Shown: piece after piece, positions 25,117 to 34,733 of the stretch
How the letters are laid out: each line of letters begins with the position of its first letter
Numbering within the stretch: the stretch's first letter is position 1
Assembly: GCA_041946735.1 (NCBI GenBank)
Contig: JBHGAY010000034.1
Location: 1 to 50,348 of the forward strand
Direction of reading: 5' to 3'
DNA length: 50,348 bases
Source: Candidatus Eiseniibacteriota bacterium
GTDB taxonomy: Bacteria; Eisenbacteria; RBG-16-71-46; CAIMUX01; VGJL01
Position numbers and translations under genes: made by a program
Notes under the pieces: model-generated
Databases searched by the model: none
What the model saw: the letters and a program-made list of their open reading frames with translations, nothing else
What the model was told of the DNA's origin: nothing

Positions 25117-25465
25117 GTACCGGCCCTCCTACGGCCGTCTCACGGTAGGATGCAGATCGCCAGCGCAGCCTGCCCGAGCTTGGCTCGCCACGGCGGGGCG
25201 GCAGCCTTCACGCGATAGTAACCTCATGTCGTCTCACCCCACCTTGTCCCGTCGGGCTCTGGCGCAGGATCTCGTTCTCGCAAAGCACCACGGCCCTTCG
25301 ACCCCCGCGCAACTGTGCGCTCCCTCAACGGAGACTGCCTGGCACTGAGAGCTTCGAGAAGCTAACCTCGTGGACTTTCAGGGCGGTGAGAAGGCCATGG
25401 GGACGGGACTTCCTGGTGCAGTGCACCTGCCTCAGTGGGACGTGCGTGTCCGGCAATGACGCAAC

Positions 25466-26755
25466 CTAGCCCGACACTTTCTTCGCGATCAAGGCCGCAA
25501 TCTCTTCGGCGGTGACTTGACCAAGGGAGACGTACCCCATCGTCGGCTGGAGGCCATCGAGTTCTGTGTCATCCACTCGTACCGGTAGGATATACTCTCC
25601 GCCTTTCTCCTTGATGGCCCTCGCTTGCGCACTTCTACGCTCGTGGCTCGTCCATTCCCTGGCCGCATAGTCCTTCGAAATCAGGATCACGCAGTACCGC
25701 GACTTCTTGCGATACACTTCATCGAAGAACACTGCCAAGTCCCGTCCCCAGAGTTGTTCCGGAAAGAACGAGTCGAGAAACACCCTCAGCCCGGCATCCC
25801 TCGCGTGTCTTCCTATCGCTTCCGCCAAGTGTCTTTGAGGGCCAGCAAACGAGATAGCGACATCGTACTCAAACGCTTGCCCGCGACCACCGCGATCGGA
25901 CAACCGTGCCAGTTGACCAGGATCTGGTTCCGGCGCCACAGGCCCAGCCTCCTCCAAGAAGGAAAACCCGAATGGCAGTAGCAGTCTGTGACTTCGTAGA
26001 AGGAGTTCGAGGCCCGCCGAAAAACGCAAGGAGTGTCTATCGAAGCACTGATGAACGTAGCTCGTGTTTCTATCGTGGTACGATCTCCCCTCCTCGTACT
26101 CCACAAAACGCCACCTGCACGGCTCGAAATCGAACTCCGGACATTCTCCGAAGGAGGCAAAGGACCCCAAGAACTCGAGAGCTGACTCCATTTCTCTCGA
26201 CAGTGGGGGGTGGATAGGTCGATAGTGCATTATCCACCCCTTGCCGTCTCGTCCATCTATCCATGAGAGCACGAACCGGAAATAGGCGTCTTCGCTGGTC
26301 TTGAGTTGCTCCTTCTTCGCCGCGCTGTGTCCATCGCCTTGCGCTCTGACTGACCGGGATATGTGAGGCGCGGACGACCGGCCTAAGAAGAAGCCGAACC
26401 CTTCGGGATGTTCTATATGAATGCCACACTCCGCTAAACTGGAGTCAGCGTTCCGTAAGGACTCCCAGGCTCCGGCAAAGGATTCTGCGAATCGTGGCAG
26501 GTCGAACCACTCGTCTACTCGACGCACGTAACACTCAGGAGCCTGGAAGGGGCAATTGCTCCTTACGAATCCGAGCAGCACAAGGAAGTCAGTCATCTGG
26601 ATGCCCGCAGTTGACCAGCCACTCGGCCGAACATGGATTGAATACGAGTGACGATCCTTGGTGTACTGCAGCTTGACGAGCGAGACCGCAGCAGAGGTTA
26701 GGGTCGTCGTTCCAAGAACCTCGCTCCGTAGTGCAGAATGGAGGTCGTCATACAT
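25466..26755 (-). CDS. TIR domain-containing protein (C-terminal TIR_2, unknown N-terminal domain)
   Basis: YDVAISFAG, LRVFLD, LWGRDL, YCVILISKDY, WTSHE catalytic Glu, YILPVRVDD. Confidence 0.9.
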   Translation of the reverse strand: MYDDLHSALRSEVLGTTTLTSAAVSLVKLQYTKDRHSYSIHVRPSGWSTAGIQMTDFLVLLGFVRSNCPFQAPECYVRRVDEWFDLPRFAESFAGAWESLRNADSSLAECGIHIEHPEGFGFFLGRSSAPHISRSVRAQGDGHSAAKKEQLKTSEDAYFRFVLSWIDGRDGKGWIMHYRPIHPPLSREMESALEFLGSFASFGECPEFDFEPCRWRFVEYEEGRSYHDRNTSYVHQCFDRHSLRFSAGLELLLRSHRLLLPFGFSFLEEAGPVAPEPDPGQLARLSDRGGRGQAFEYDVAISFAGPQRHLAEAIGRHARDAGLRVFLDSFFPEQLWGRDLAVFFDEVYRKKSRYCVILISKDYAAREWTSHERRSAQARAIKEKGGEYILPVRVDDTELDGLQPTMGYVSLGQVTAEEIAALIAKKVSG

Positions 26756-27067
26756 GTTGTGCCTCCGCCACCCGCCTACACGGGAACGAGTTCCAGACCC
26801 CCAAGCTCCTCGAAGGTCCGGGACCGAGACTTGCTGTGCGCACTGGGACCAGTTGATAGTCTACAGCCGGACGCAAGTTCGGGAAAGGGTTCGGCGCGGA
26901 CTCCCAACCCGAACCAGGTTTGTTAACCACATTCTCCCCTCGAACTGAGAGTCAGAGAGTCTCGGCCCGAAGAGGCAGGGTTGTCCGCGGTGTCCGAACG
27001 AGACGGCACAAACCGAGAGTCGGCCTACCGCGCCCGTCGACGCGCGACACCGCGCCGTTTCTGCGCG

Positions 27068-27106
27068 AAAAACGAACCCCGGCAGCTCGCGCCACCGGGG
27101 CTTCGT
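27068..27106 (-). terminator. intrinsic terminator downstream of tRNA-Asn
   Basis: minus strand GAAGCCCCGG...CCGGGGTTCG followed by TTTTT. Confidence 0.6.
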
Positions 27107-27148
27107 CAACCGATCTCGCCGCGCTAAGGCCGCGGCTTGCTCAACATG

Positions 27149-27220
27149 CTCCCCGGGCAGGACTCGAACCTGCAACCTACCGGTTAACAGCCGGTTGCTC
27201 TACCATTGAGCTACCGAGGA
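27149..27220 (-). tRNA. tRNA-Asn (GTT), CCA not encoded
   Basis: TCCTCGG TA GCTC AATGGTA GAGC A ACCGG CTGTTAA CCGGT AGGTT GCAGG TTCGAGT CCTGC CCGGGGA G folds as a full cloverleaf. Confidence 0.97.
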
Positions 27221-27317
27221 ATGATCCTTGGGGTCGCTTTCCTGGCTGCCGATCCCCCGAGCGGGGGGCGGCTTCGACCGCACAGACGAGAAGGCTACCG
27301 GAACAGCCGCACGAGGG

Positions 27318-28376
27318 TCAACCATCTTGGAGACCTGACTCGCCGGGCGTGCTCCGGCCGGGCAGCGAGCTCTCGAACCGGGCCCGGAGCACCGGCCAGC
27401 GCCTCGCTCCACGCTGGGTCCGCTCGCAGATCCGGTCGGTGACACGCAGGCCGCGGCGCTCCAATCCCACCCGCAGCCTGTCTTCCTGATCGCTCAGAAT
27501 CCCGGCCAGGACGATCTCCCCCTGAGGCTCCAGCGCCCGGATCATGCGCGGCAGAAGGTCCTCGAGCACGCTCAAGAAGATGTTGGCGAGGATCAACCGA
27601 TATGGCCCCGCGCCCGTCGCCGGCAGAGTCCCCTCCTGAAAGGCGATCGCCGCAGCGACCCCATTCGCTTGCGCGCAGGCCACTCCGGTGCGTACCGCAT
27701 CGGCCTCCGTATCGAAGGCGTCGACCGGGCCCAACCCGAGCTGCACCGCTCGAACCGAGAGAATCCCTGTCCCGCTGCCGATGTCGGCCGCGGAAGGTGT
27801 CGCGATTGTCGGAGCGATCGGTGGGGGCGCGGCCGTCCGCCCGGCAACAGGGCCTCTCTGTCCTGAGGGCGGCGCCACCATCTCGCCGGAGATCCCTCCG
27901 CGCTCGTCCGCGATCCGCTCGAGCATCTGCAGACATCCGCGGGTCGTCGGGTGGTCGCCCAGTCCGAACGCCATCCCCGGATCCATCAGGATCCGGTCCA
28001 TGCCGTCAGGGGCCGGGGAGCTGTCCGCCTCCCAGCTAGGGACGATCATCAGCCGCGAAGTCGGCCGGAAGGCTTTCCAATGCGTCTTCCAGGTCTCTGC
28101 CCAATCCTCCCGATGCAGGGGAAGAAGGCGGACTTCGGCAGGGCCGACCGGCACTCCGTAGCTGTGAAGCTCATCGAGCTTCTCGCGCACCCAGTCGACC
28201 GGCACATCCATCTCGCTCGGGAAGTAGGCCTGGAGCCGCACGAGGCGAGCGCCCCGGCGCTTCTCGATCGCGGACCCGAGAGCGCCGCGCTCAGCCAGCT
28301 GCGCTTCGAGTGCCTCGGCGGCGACGGCGGTCGATCGAACGACCAGCAACTGGAGCGGTGGAGCGTCCGAGTTCAT
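27318..28376 (-). CDS. prmA: ribosomal protein L11 methyltransferase
   Basis: EDWAETWK, DPGMAFGLGDHPTT, DIGSGTGILS, ILANI, LAGIL; start uncertain. Confidence 0.9.
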   Translation of the reverse strand: MNSDAPPLQLLVVRSTAVAAEALEAQLAERGALGSAIEKRRGARLVRLQAYFPSEMDVPVDWVREKLDELHSYGVPVGPAEVRLLPLHREDWAETWKTHWKAFRPTSRLMIVPSWEADSSPAPDGMDRILMDPGMAFGLGDHPTTRGCLQMLERIADERGGISGEMVAPPSGQRGPVAGRTAAPPPIAPTIATPSAADIGSGTGILSVRAVQLGLGPVDAFDTEADAVRTGVACAQANGVAAAIAFQEGTLPATGAGPYRLILANIFLSVLEDLLPRMIRALEPQGEIVLAGILSDQEDRLRVGLERRGLRVTDRICERTQRGARRWPVLRARFESSLPGRSTPGESGLQDG

Positions 28377-28886
28377 CTGCAGGAAGATAGGACGACGGCG
28401 TGTTCGACGCCACACCTGCCGGGTGGTTCGCTTCTATCCAGCCGGCCGGCACCACTGGAGTCACGGGAGCCACGGGCCATCCTCTTCGGATGGATCGCGT
28501 GCTGCCGGACCTCTAAGATCCGCATAGTCTTACGACAACGGAGCACATCGCCGCGAACCCGGCATGCCGATTGCTTGATGAGATCGGCGAGGGCTCTGGC
28601 GCGCAGGTCGACCGGCGGCGATCTCTGCCGGTCGGGAAGAGGCAGGGAGCTGGCCGGGAAGCCGGTGCGTCAGAGCCTCCTGATTGGAAGTCCATGGCAA
28701 GACGCACAGACGCAACGACTGGACCTGACCGAGATCGACCTCCGCGCACTCTGTCACGCCGGGGGCGGGCCACTGGGGACCTGGCTCGCTCCCGGTTCGC
28801 TTTTATCGATCACGGGATTGCGGGACTGCGGGAGACCGAGACGCTGAGACGGCCAGACGAGAGCTAGGCAGCAGGACGTGGACGTG

Positions 28887-29858
28887 TCAGCCCCCGATTG
28901 CCATCATGTGGCCGCGTGTCACAGGGATTCGCAACACAGGCTTGTCGGCGACCGCGCGACGCACCGCCGCGTCGAACATCGCCTCGTCGACGCCGCCCGG
29001 AGCTCGCAGCGCGGCGCGCACGTCCGGTCCGTCCTCGAGCATGATGCATCCCAAGAAACGGCCCATGGCCGTCATCCTCAGCCGGCGACAGGACAGGCAG
29101 AACGGCTCGGTCTCCGGTGAGATGAAGCCGATCTTCCCCTCGATCTCGCCGCGACGGGCGCTCCAGAGCTTCGCCGGAGCACCAGGCTCCGCCTCGATCG
29201 GCTCCATGGCGAACTCGCGCTGCAGCCGCTCCCGCACCTCGCGCGTCGGAACGAACATCTCCGGGTGGTACCGCTGGACGCAGCCGATCGCCATCAGCTC
29301 CAGGAATCGGATCTCGTAGCCTCGTTCCATCGCCCAGAGCGCAAGATCGACGGTCTCGTCCTCGTTCTCGCCCCGGATCACGACCGCGTTCAGCTTGAGG
29401 GGCCGTAGGCCGGCGCTGTCCGCGGCGGCGATCCCTTCGAGCGTGGGGGCCAGGTCGCCGCCTGTCAGACGGCGGAACGTCTCCGGATTCGCGCTGTCGA
29501 GGCTGATGTTGAGACGGGTCAGCCCCGCCTCCTTGAGGGCGTCGATCGAGCGGGCGAGGATCTGCCCATTGGTCGTCATCGCGACCTCTTCGAGGCCGAT
29601 TTCGGCCAGCAGCCGGACGAGGTTCTCGAGGCGTGGCCGGACGAGCGGCTCGCCGCCCGTGATCCGGACGCGGCGCAGGCCGAAGCGGTCGTGCAGGCGC
29701 CGAACGACCTCGGCGATCTCCTCGTAGGTCAGGATCTCTTCGCGGGGGGCGTGCTCCGGTTCGCCGTCGGGCATGCAGTAGACGCAGCGCAGACCGCATC
29801 GGTCGGTCACGGAGACCCGGAGGTGATCAATCGTCCGGCCGATCGCGTCGTGCAGCAT
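28887..29858 (-). CDS. moaA: GTP 3',8-cyclase
   Basis: LRVSVTDRCGLRCVYCMP radical SAM motif, RITGGEP, FCLSCRRLR..C, C-terminal IGG. Confidence 0.95.
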   Translation of the reverse strand: MLHDAIGRTIDHLRVSVTDRCGLRCVYCMPDGEPEHAPREEILTYEEIAEVVRRLHDRFGLRRVRITGGEPLVRPRLENLVRLLAEIGLEEVAMTTNGQILARSIDALKEAGLTRLNISLDSANPETFRRLTGGDLAPTLEGIAAADSAGLRPLKLNAVVIRGENEDETVDLALWAMERGYEIRFLELMAIGCVQRYHPEMFVPTREVRERLQREFAMEPIEAEPGAPAKLWSARRGEIEGKIGFISPETEPFCLSCRRLRMTAMGRFLGCIMLEDGPDVRAALRAPGGVDEAMFDAAVRRAVADKPVLRIPVTRGHMMAIGG

Positions 29859-30109
29859 GCGACTCCTCTCTTGGCGCTCTTCGTGCGGCCGACCGCGGGG
29901 CGCGGACTCGGCGGCAACTGGTCAGCATAGCGTCGCCATGGCCCGTCCGGAAGGGATCGCGAGGGGCCCGCGGGGAGGCAAATGCGGCGCAGGAAGCGAT
30001 GGGGCCGACACACGGATGGACGTTTGACCATCCCCCCGCGGCTCCTCTACCCTCGGATCAGCGCATCCGCACCAGCCCGACCAGGCCGGCAGGAGGATCT
30101 CCCCCCACG

Positions 30110-30766
30110 ATGTCCCTAGCGGACGAGCTGCATCAGAAGCGTCCGTTCTCGACGCGCCAGGAAGAGGCGCTGGTATCGATTTTCGCCACGGGCGACCTTC
30201 TCTACCGCTCCACGCACCGGCTGCTGCACAGCTACGGGATCACTCTCGCGCAATACAACGTCCTTCGGATTCTCCGCGGCGCCGGGGACGAGGGCCTGCC
30301 GCTGATGTCGATCGCCCGCAGGATGATCGTCCGCTACCCCAACGTCACGCGGCTCACCGACCGTTTGGAGGCCGATGGATGGATCCGCCGGGAGCGAAGC
30401 ACCAAGGACCGCCGAGTCGTCCGCGGCTTCGTGAGCCGGAAAGGGCTGGACCTTCTCGCGTCCCTGGACGGACCGATCCGCGAGCTGAACCAGCAGCTGA
30501 TGCGCGGGGCGGGAGTCGAGGACCTCGACCGGCTGATCCGGATCCTGGAAGCGATTCGGGCGCCGCTGCGGGCGGAAGAGGAGTCTTTGGCAGCGGAAGG
30601 AAACGGTGCGACGACGGGCAACGGGGTGGAGGAGGAGAACGGCCAAGCCGGGCAGAACCAGTCGGCGGTCGGGAAGGACTCGGCGGGTTTCCGCAGCTCG
30701 ACCGGCAGCCCCGCCGTTCCGGACAGCGCATCCGCGCCAAACGGCCAGCGTCAGCGCCCTTCGTAG
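30110..30766 (+). CDS. MarR family transcriptional regulator with low-complexity tail
   Basis: GITLAQYNVLRILRG, NVTRLTDRLE, DRRVV; AGGAGG SD. Confidence 0.9.
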   Translation: MSLADELHQKRPFSTRQEEALVSIFATGDLLYRSTHRLLHSYGITLAQYNVLRILRGAGDEGLPLMSIARRMIVRYPNVTRLTDRLEADGWIRRERSTKDRRVVRGFVSRKGLDLLASLDGPIRELNQQLMRGAGVEDLDRLIRILEAIRAPLRAEEESLAAEGNGATTGNGVEEENGQAGQNQSAVGKDSAGFRSSTGSPAVPDSASAPNGQRQRPS

Positions 30767-32916
30767 ACCGGCTTTCTGACTCCCAGGCTCGTCAACCCCT
30801 CATACGCATCCCGCGTTGCGAAGACCTCCTCCAGGCGGTCCAGCTCCGCGCGAAGGCCGTCGTCACGACTGCGCATCGCATTCCCGAGTAGCAGCTGATC
30901 CGCGATCCGGAGTGCGATCGGAGCCTTCCGCCGGAGCGTCTCGATGATCTTCGCCTCGTCCTTGCCTGCGCTACTAGCGGCCGCGCCCGGGGGCGAGCCG
31001 GCTCTCGGTGCGAGGAGAGCATCGACATCCGCCGGTCCGGAGAAGAAGCAGCCTGCGGTGCGCGCCCGGGAATCGGCGAACGCGTCGGTCTCCCCCGCGG
31101 CAGGCGCCAGCGCGACGTGAGAGCGAGCGGCTTTGTCCGCCTTCCCCTGGTCGAGGGCCGCGAGGAGCGCCTCGCGAAGCTCCCCAAACGGCACCACAGC
31201 GTCCACGAGACCGATCGCCTCGGCGAGCGTCGCGTCCACGGTCGTCCCCGTGAGGATCAGCCAGCGGGCGAGGGGAAGACCGATGCGGCGCGGGAGCCGC
31301 ACGGTCCCGCCAAGACCGGGATAGATGCCGATCCCGGTCTCCGGGAAGGACAGGTAGGCCTTCGGCGAGGCGACGATGCGATCGCAGGCGAGCGCGAGCT
31401 CGGCGCCGCCGCCGATGGCGAGCCCGTGCAGGCGAGCGACGACCGGCTTCGGGCCGTCCTCGATCCGCGCGAGCAGCGACTGGCCCTGCTCGGTGAACGC
31501 GCGAATCCGGTCGAAGCGCTTCTCCTCGATCGCGCGCACGAAGAAGCGGATGTCCGCCCCGGCGACGAACGCCTTGCCCGACCCGCCTAGGACGATTCCC
31601 CGGACGTCCCGGTCGGCAAATGCCTCCTCGATCCGCTCCGACAGCTCCGCGACCACGGCCTCGTCGAGCGCGTTCATGGCGTCGGGGCGGCGGATCGTGA
31701 TCCACGCCACTTCGTCCTCTGCACGTAGGTCGACGCGTCGCACCGGAATCGCGACGCGCGTCTTCGCGGCCTCCTGCAAAAGCGACGGGACCGGCATCGT
31801 CCAACGGGAGGCAATCGCCTCCGCGCGGCGCAACGCTTCTCGCGGACCGACCTCGGCCATCCTCTCGAACGGCCCGCGAGGCCAGCGCAGGCCGACGCGC
31901 GCGCCGATGTCGGTGTCTTCCGGCGTCCCGACCTCCTCTTCGACGAGGGTGGCGGCGACCAGGAAGGCGACGCCATCGAGCCGCTCGACGACCTGCAGGA
32001 AGCGGGAGCGGTCCGGCTCCCCTTCCACCGCGAACCGCTCGTTGGACTGCGCGCGCTCCTCGAGCCCAGCGGCGGGCGCATAGAAAGGACCGAGCGCGCG
32101 GGCGAGCGACTCGGCCGCGTGATAGCCGATCGCCACCCCGGTCACGTTCATCAGCTCGAACGGTCCCATCGGGATACCGAATCCCTCGCGGGCCGCCTGC
32201 TCGATCGTTGCCGCGCCAGCGATCTCCTCGTCGAGCATTCGCGCCGCCTCGTTGATCCAGGGGACGAAGAAGCGGTTGACGATGAAGCCGGGGCTATCCG
32301 CGCTAGCGATCGGCGTCTTGCCGATCTGCTCCTGCAAGTCAGCCACGACGCGCAACGCCTCGAGCGACGTGGTCGGGCCGGGGATCACCTCGACCAGCCG
32401 GTTCTTTGCAGGATGGTAGAAGTAGTGAAGACCGAGCACGCGATCCGGATGGTGAAGCCCGGAGACGAGGTCGCGGATGAGAAACGAGGATGTATTGGTG
32501 GCGAGGAGCGTGGCAGGTCCCGTTAGCGAGTCGACGCGCGAAAAGACGGCCCGCTTCACGTCGAGATCCTCGAAGACCGCCTCGATGACGAGACTCGCCT
32601 CGGCGAGGCGCTCCCAGTCGAGCGTGGGGACGATCCGGGCTCCGATCTCGGCCGCTTTCGCCTCGCTATAGAGCTTGCGTGCGACGGCCTCCTGCAGCGT
32701 CTCGTCGATGCGGCGCCGCCCGCGCGCCAGAGCCGCCTCATCGAGATCGAGCAACAGGACGTCGAAGCCCTCCGACGCGTACTTCTGCGCGATTCCCGAA
32801 CCCATGTTGCCGGCGCCGATCACCGCGACGAGCCTCTCACGGACGAGGGCGTCCTTCGGGAGCGGCGTCGTTCTGGGCATCGATGCGGCCGATTCGCTGC
32901 TCTTCCTCATGCTCAC
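30751..32916 (-). CDS. 3-hydroxyacyl-CoA dehydrogenase / enoyl-CoA hydratase fusion
   Basis: VIGAGNMGSGIA, EAVFED, TNTSS, PGFIVNR, PMGPF; C-terminal AMNAL, FVAGADI, GGGAELAL, PE..IGIYPG. Confidence 0.93.
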   Translation of the reverse strand: MSMRKSSESAASMPRTTPLPKDALVRERLVAVIGAGNMGSGIAQKYASEGFDVLLLDLDEAALARGRRRIDETLQEAVARKLYSEAKAAEIGARIVPTLDWERLAEASLVIEAVFEDLDVKRAVFSRVDSLTGPATLLATNTSSFLIRDLVSGLHHPDRVLGLHYFYHPAKNRLVEVIPGPTTSLEALRVVADLQEQIGKTPIASADSPGFIVNRFFVPWINEAARMLDEEIAGAATIEQAAREGFGIPMGPFELMNVTGVAIGYHAAESLARALGPFYAPAAGLEERAQSNERFAVEGEPDRSRFLQVVERLDGVAFLVAATLVEEEVGTPEDTDIGARVGLRWPRGPFERMAEVGPREALRRAEAIASRWTMPVPSLLQEAAKTRVAIPVRRVDLRAEDEVAWITIRRPDAMNALDEAVVAELSERIEEAFADRDVRGIVLGGSGKAFVAGADIRFFVRAIEEKRFDRIRAFTEQGQSLLARIEDGPKPVVARLHGLAIGGGAELALACDRIVASPKAYLSFPETGIGIYPGLGGTVRLPRRIGLPLARWLILTGTTVDATLAEAIGLVDAVVPFGELREALLAALDQGKADKAARSHVALAPAAGETDAFADSRARTAGCFFSGPADVDALLAPRAGSPPGAAASSAGKDEAKIIETLRRKAPIALRIADQLLLGNAMRSRDDGLRAELDRLEEVFATRDAYEGLTSLGVRKPVYEGR

Positions 32917-32957
32917 GGTCTGGCTCCTCCTTGTGCCGGGCGGCCGGACCCGTCGTT

Positions 32958-33863
32958 CTACGCTTCGGAGGTGGCAGCGAGCGAGGCGCCCGCGACCAGG
33001 TACCCGAGGCCCCAGCGTCCCCCCCAGGAATAGAAAGCCGCCAGCTCGTCGACGGCGACCGGCACTCGCGGCTCGGCGGTCGGGTCGGTCAACACACGCG
33101 CGGCATGACGGTAGTAGGCGTTCCAGGCGCTCTCCGGCACCAGGAAGTCGAACCGCAGATCATATCCGAAGAGGGAGAAGAGGGAGCGGTAGCTCGATTC
33201 GTTCTCGAAGCGGTAGAGCCCCTCTTCGTAGACGTCTCGGACGGCCGGCTCGAGGGCGAGGCCACGCGGCGGGCTGTTCGGGGCGAGGGCCTCGAGGGCC
33301 GCGTCGATCTCCCCCGGCACCGGGGAATCGAGGGTAATCAGGTCGGAGATCAGGATCGAGCCGCGCGGAGCGAGGAGCTGGCGGATCCGCTCGAGCCCCT
33401 CCGGCCGTCCCATGTAGGTAAGGCACCCGCCGAGAGCGAGGACGAGGTCGAAAGTGCCGTTGGGGAGCTCGATGTGGCGGGCGTCGCCTCTGCGGAACTC
33501 CACGCGCTCCTGCAGTCCCGCCTCGAGCGCCTGCTGGCGTGCCACTCTCAGCAGCCCCTCGTCGAGGTCGAGCCCGGTATAGGAGGCGCCGAACTCGGTC
33601 ACGAGCATGGCGCTCGCCGGACCGAGTCCACAGCAGAGATCGAGCACGCGTGGGGACGGCGGGAGCGCGAGGCCTCGAAGGCAGAGGCGAAGCAGGTCAT
33701 CCGAGAGAGGGGCGAGATAGCGGATCGGCGGGGCCGGCGCGCCTCCCCCTACCGGAGCGCCTGGCTCCTGAGGCCGTGGCCCGAGGTGATGGTTGTGGCC
33801 GTCGCTCGACGAGCGCGCGTTCGCGTCGCGGTTGGCATCAGGGTCGCGCGAGAAAACGTTCAT
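32958..33863 (-). CDS. class I SAM-dependent methyltransferase
   Basis: VLDLCCGLG, GLDLD, GDA, FDLV, LAPRG; AGGAGG SD before ATG 33863. Confidence 0.85.
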   Translation of the reverse strand: MNVFSRDPDANRDANARSSSDGHNHHLGPRPQEPGAPVGGGAPAPPIRYLAPLSDDLLRLCLRGLALPPSPRVLDLCCGLGPASAMLVTEFGASYTGLDLDEGLLRVARQQALEAGLQERVEFRRGDARHIELPNGTFDLVLALGGCLTYMGRPEGLERIRQLLAPRGSILISDLITLDSPVPGEIDAALEALAPNSPPRGLALEPAVRDVYEEGLYRFENESSYRSLFSLFGYDLRFDFLVPESAWNAYYRHAARVLTDPTAEPRVPVAVDELAAFYSWGGRWGLGYLVAGASLAATSEA

Positions 33864-34046
33864 CGCCGCCTCCTGGACAAAAAGCCCGAAACCCAGCAGA
33901 TCGACCTCGCCTAGGGAAGGCAAGGAGCAGTTTCATGATCTGCCGGGTTTGGGCAACCCTCCGGCCGGTTGGCTCTCCGGCCGGTCTTTCGTGCGCGCGG
34001 TGCAATGCGTGAGGCCGCGCCGTCCCGCCGAGGCTACTCGCTAAAC

Positions 34047-34703
34047 CTACTCGGGCTTCTTCTCCTCGCCGGCCTCGCCGGACTTGTCGCTCGCACCTTC
34101 CTCCTGTGCCCGGTCCTCCTCCGCCTGCTCGCGCCGGCGGCGCAGCTTGCCGAGGATTCCACCCTCGCGCCTCTCGCGCGCTTCCTCGCGCGTCCCGGGA
34201 CGGCTCTCGCCCTTCTCGGCGGTCGCCTTCTCGGCCCCCTTCTCCTTGCCCTTCTCCTTCTCCCTCTCCTTGCCCTTCTTCTCCCGCTCCTTCGCCGCCT
34301 CGGCGAGCTTCTCGGCGCGGGCGCGGCGCTCGGCTTCCTTCTGCTCCGTCGTCTTCACGAGCTCGAGGATCGCCATCTCGCCGGCGTCCCCCAGGCGGGC
34401 GCGCGTCTTCAGGACGCGCGTATACCCGCCCTGGCGGGTCGCATACCAGGGAGTGATCGTGTCGAAGAGCTTCTTCGCGACGTCCTCGTTCTGGACCGTC
34501 CGGGCGACCAGACGGCGCGAATGGATCGAGTCGCGCTTGGCGTAGGTGATCATGCGCTCGGCGACGCGGCGCGCCTCCTTCGCCTTGGCCACGGTCGTCT
34601 CGATCCTCTCGTGCTCGAAGAGGGACGTGACGAGGTTCCGCATGAGGGCGCGGCGATGTTCCGCCGTGCGGCTGAGCGCCCGATGATCGCGATGATGTCG
34701 CAT
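34047..34703 (-). CDS. rplQ: 50S ribosomal protein L17 with long charged C-terminal extension
   Basis: MRH..LSRTAEHRRALMRN, IETTVAKAKE, GGYTR. Confidence 0.97.
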   Translation of the reverse strand: MRHHRDHRALSRTAEHRRALMRNLVTSLFEHERIETTVAKAKEARRVAERMITYAKRDSIHSRRLVARTVQNEDVAKKLFDTITPWYATRQGGYTRVLKTRARLGDAGEMAILELVKTTEQKEAERRARAEKLAEAAKEREKKGKEREKEKGKEKGAEKATAEKGESRPGTREEARERREGGILGKLRRRREQAEEDRAQEEGASDKSGEAGEEKKPE

Positions 34704-34733
34704 CTTGCTTTTCTACGGAGGCGCCCCCGAGGG

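Larger units (their letters stand above)
8783..26950. mobile_element. phage-derived integrative element or satellite-like island adjacent to tRNA-Asn (boundaries approximate, left end uncertain)
   Basis: co-oriented serine recombinase, primase-helicase, ParB-methyltransferase, TerS, TerL plus ori-like and cos-like sites and defence-like cargo, ending about 200 bp from the tRNA 3' end. Confidence 0.75.

Noticed and set aside
27149..27180. attL/attR duplication of the tRNA-Asn 3' end
   Set aside because: No second copy found by eye in the window, so tRNA integration remains unproven
27149..27220. U-G pair in the acceptor stem and missing CCA as signs of a hybrid or pseudo tRNA
   Set aside because: Both occur in normal bacterial tRNA genes and the cloverleaf is intact
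28416..28886. Short ORFs in the prmA-moaA gap
   Set aside because: No convincing SD, motif or codon bias in any frame
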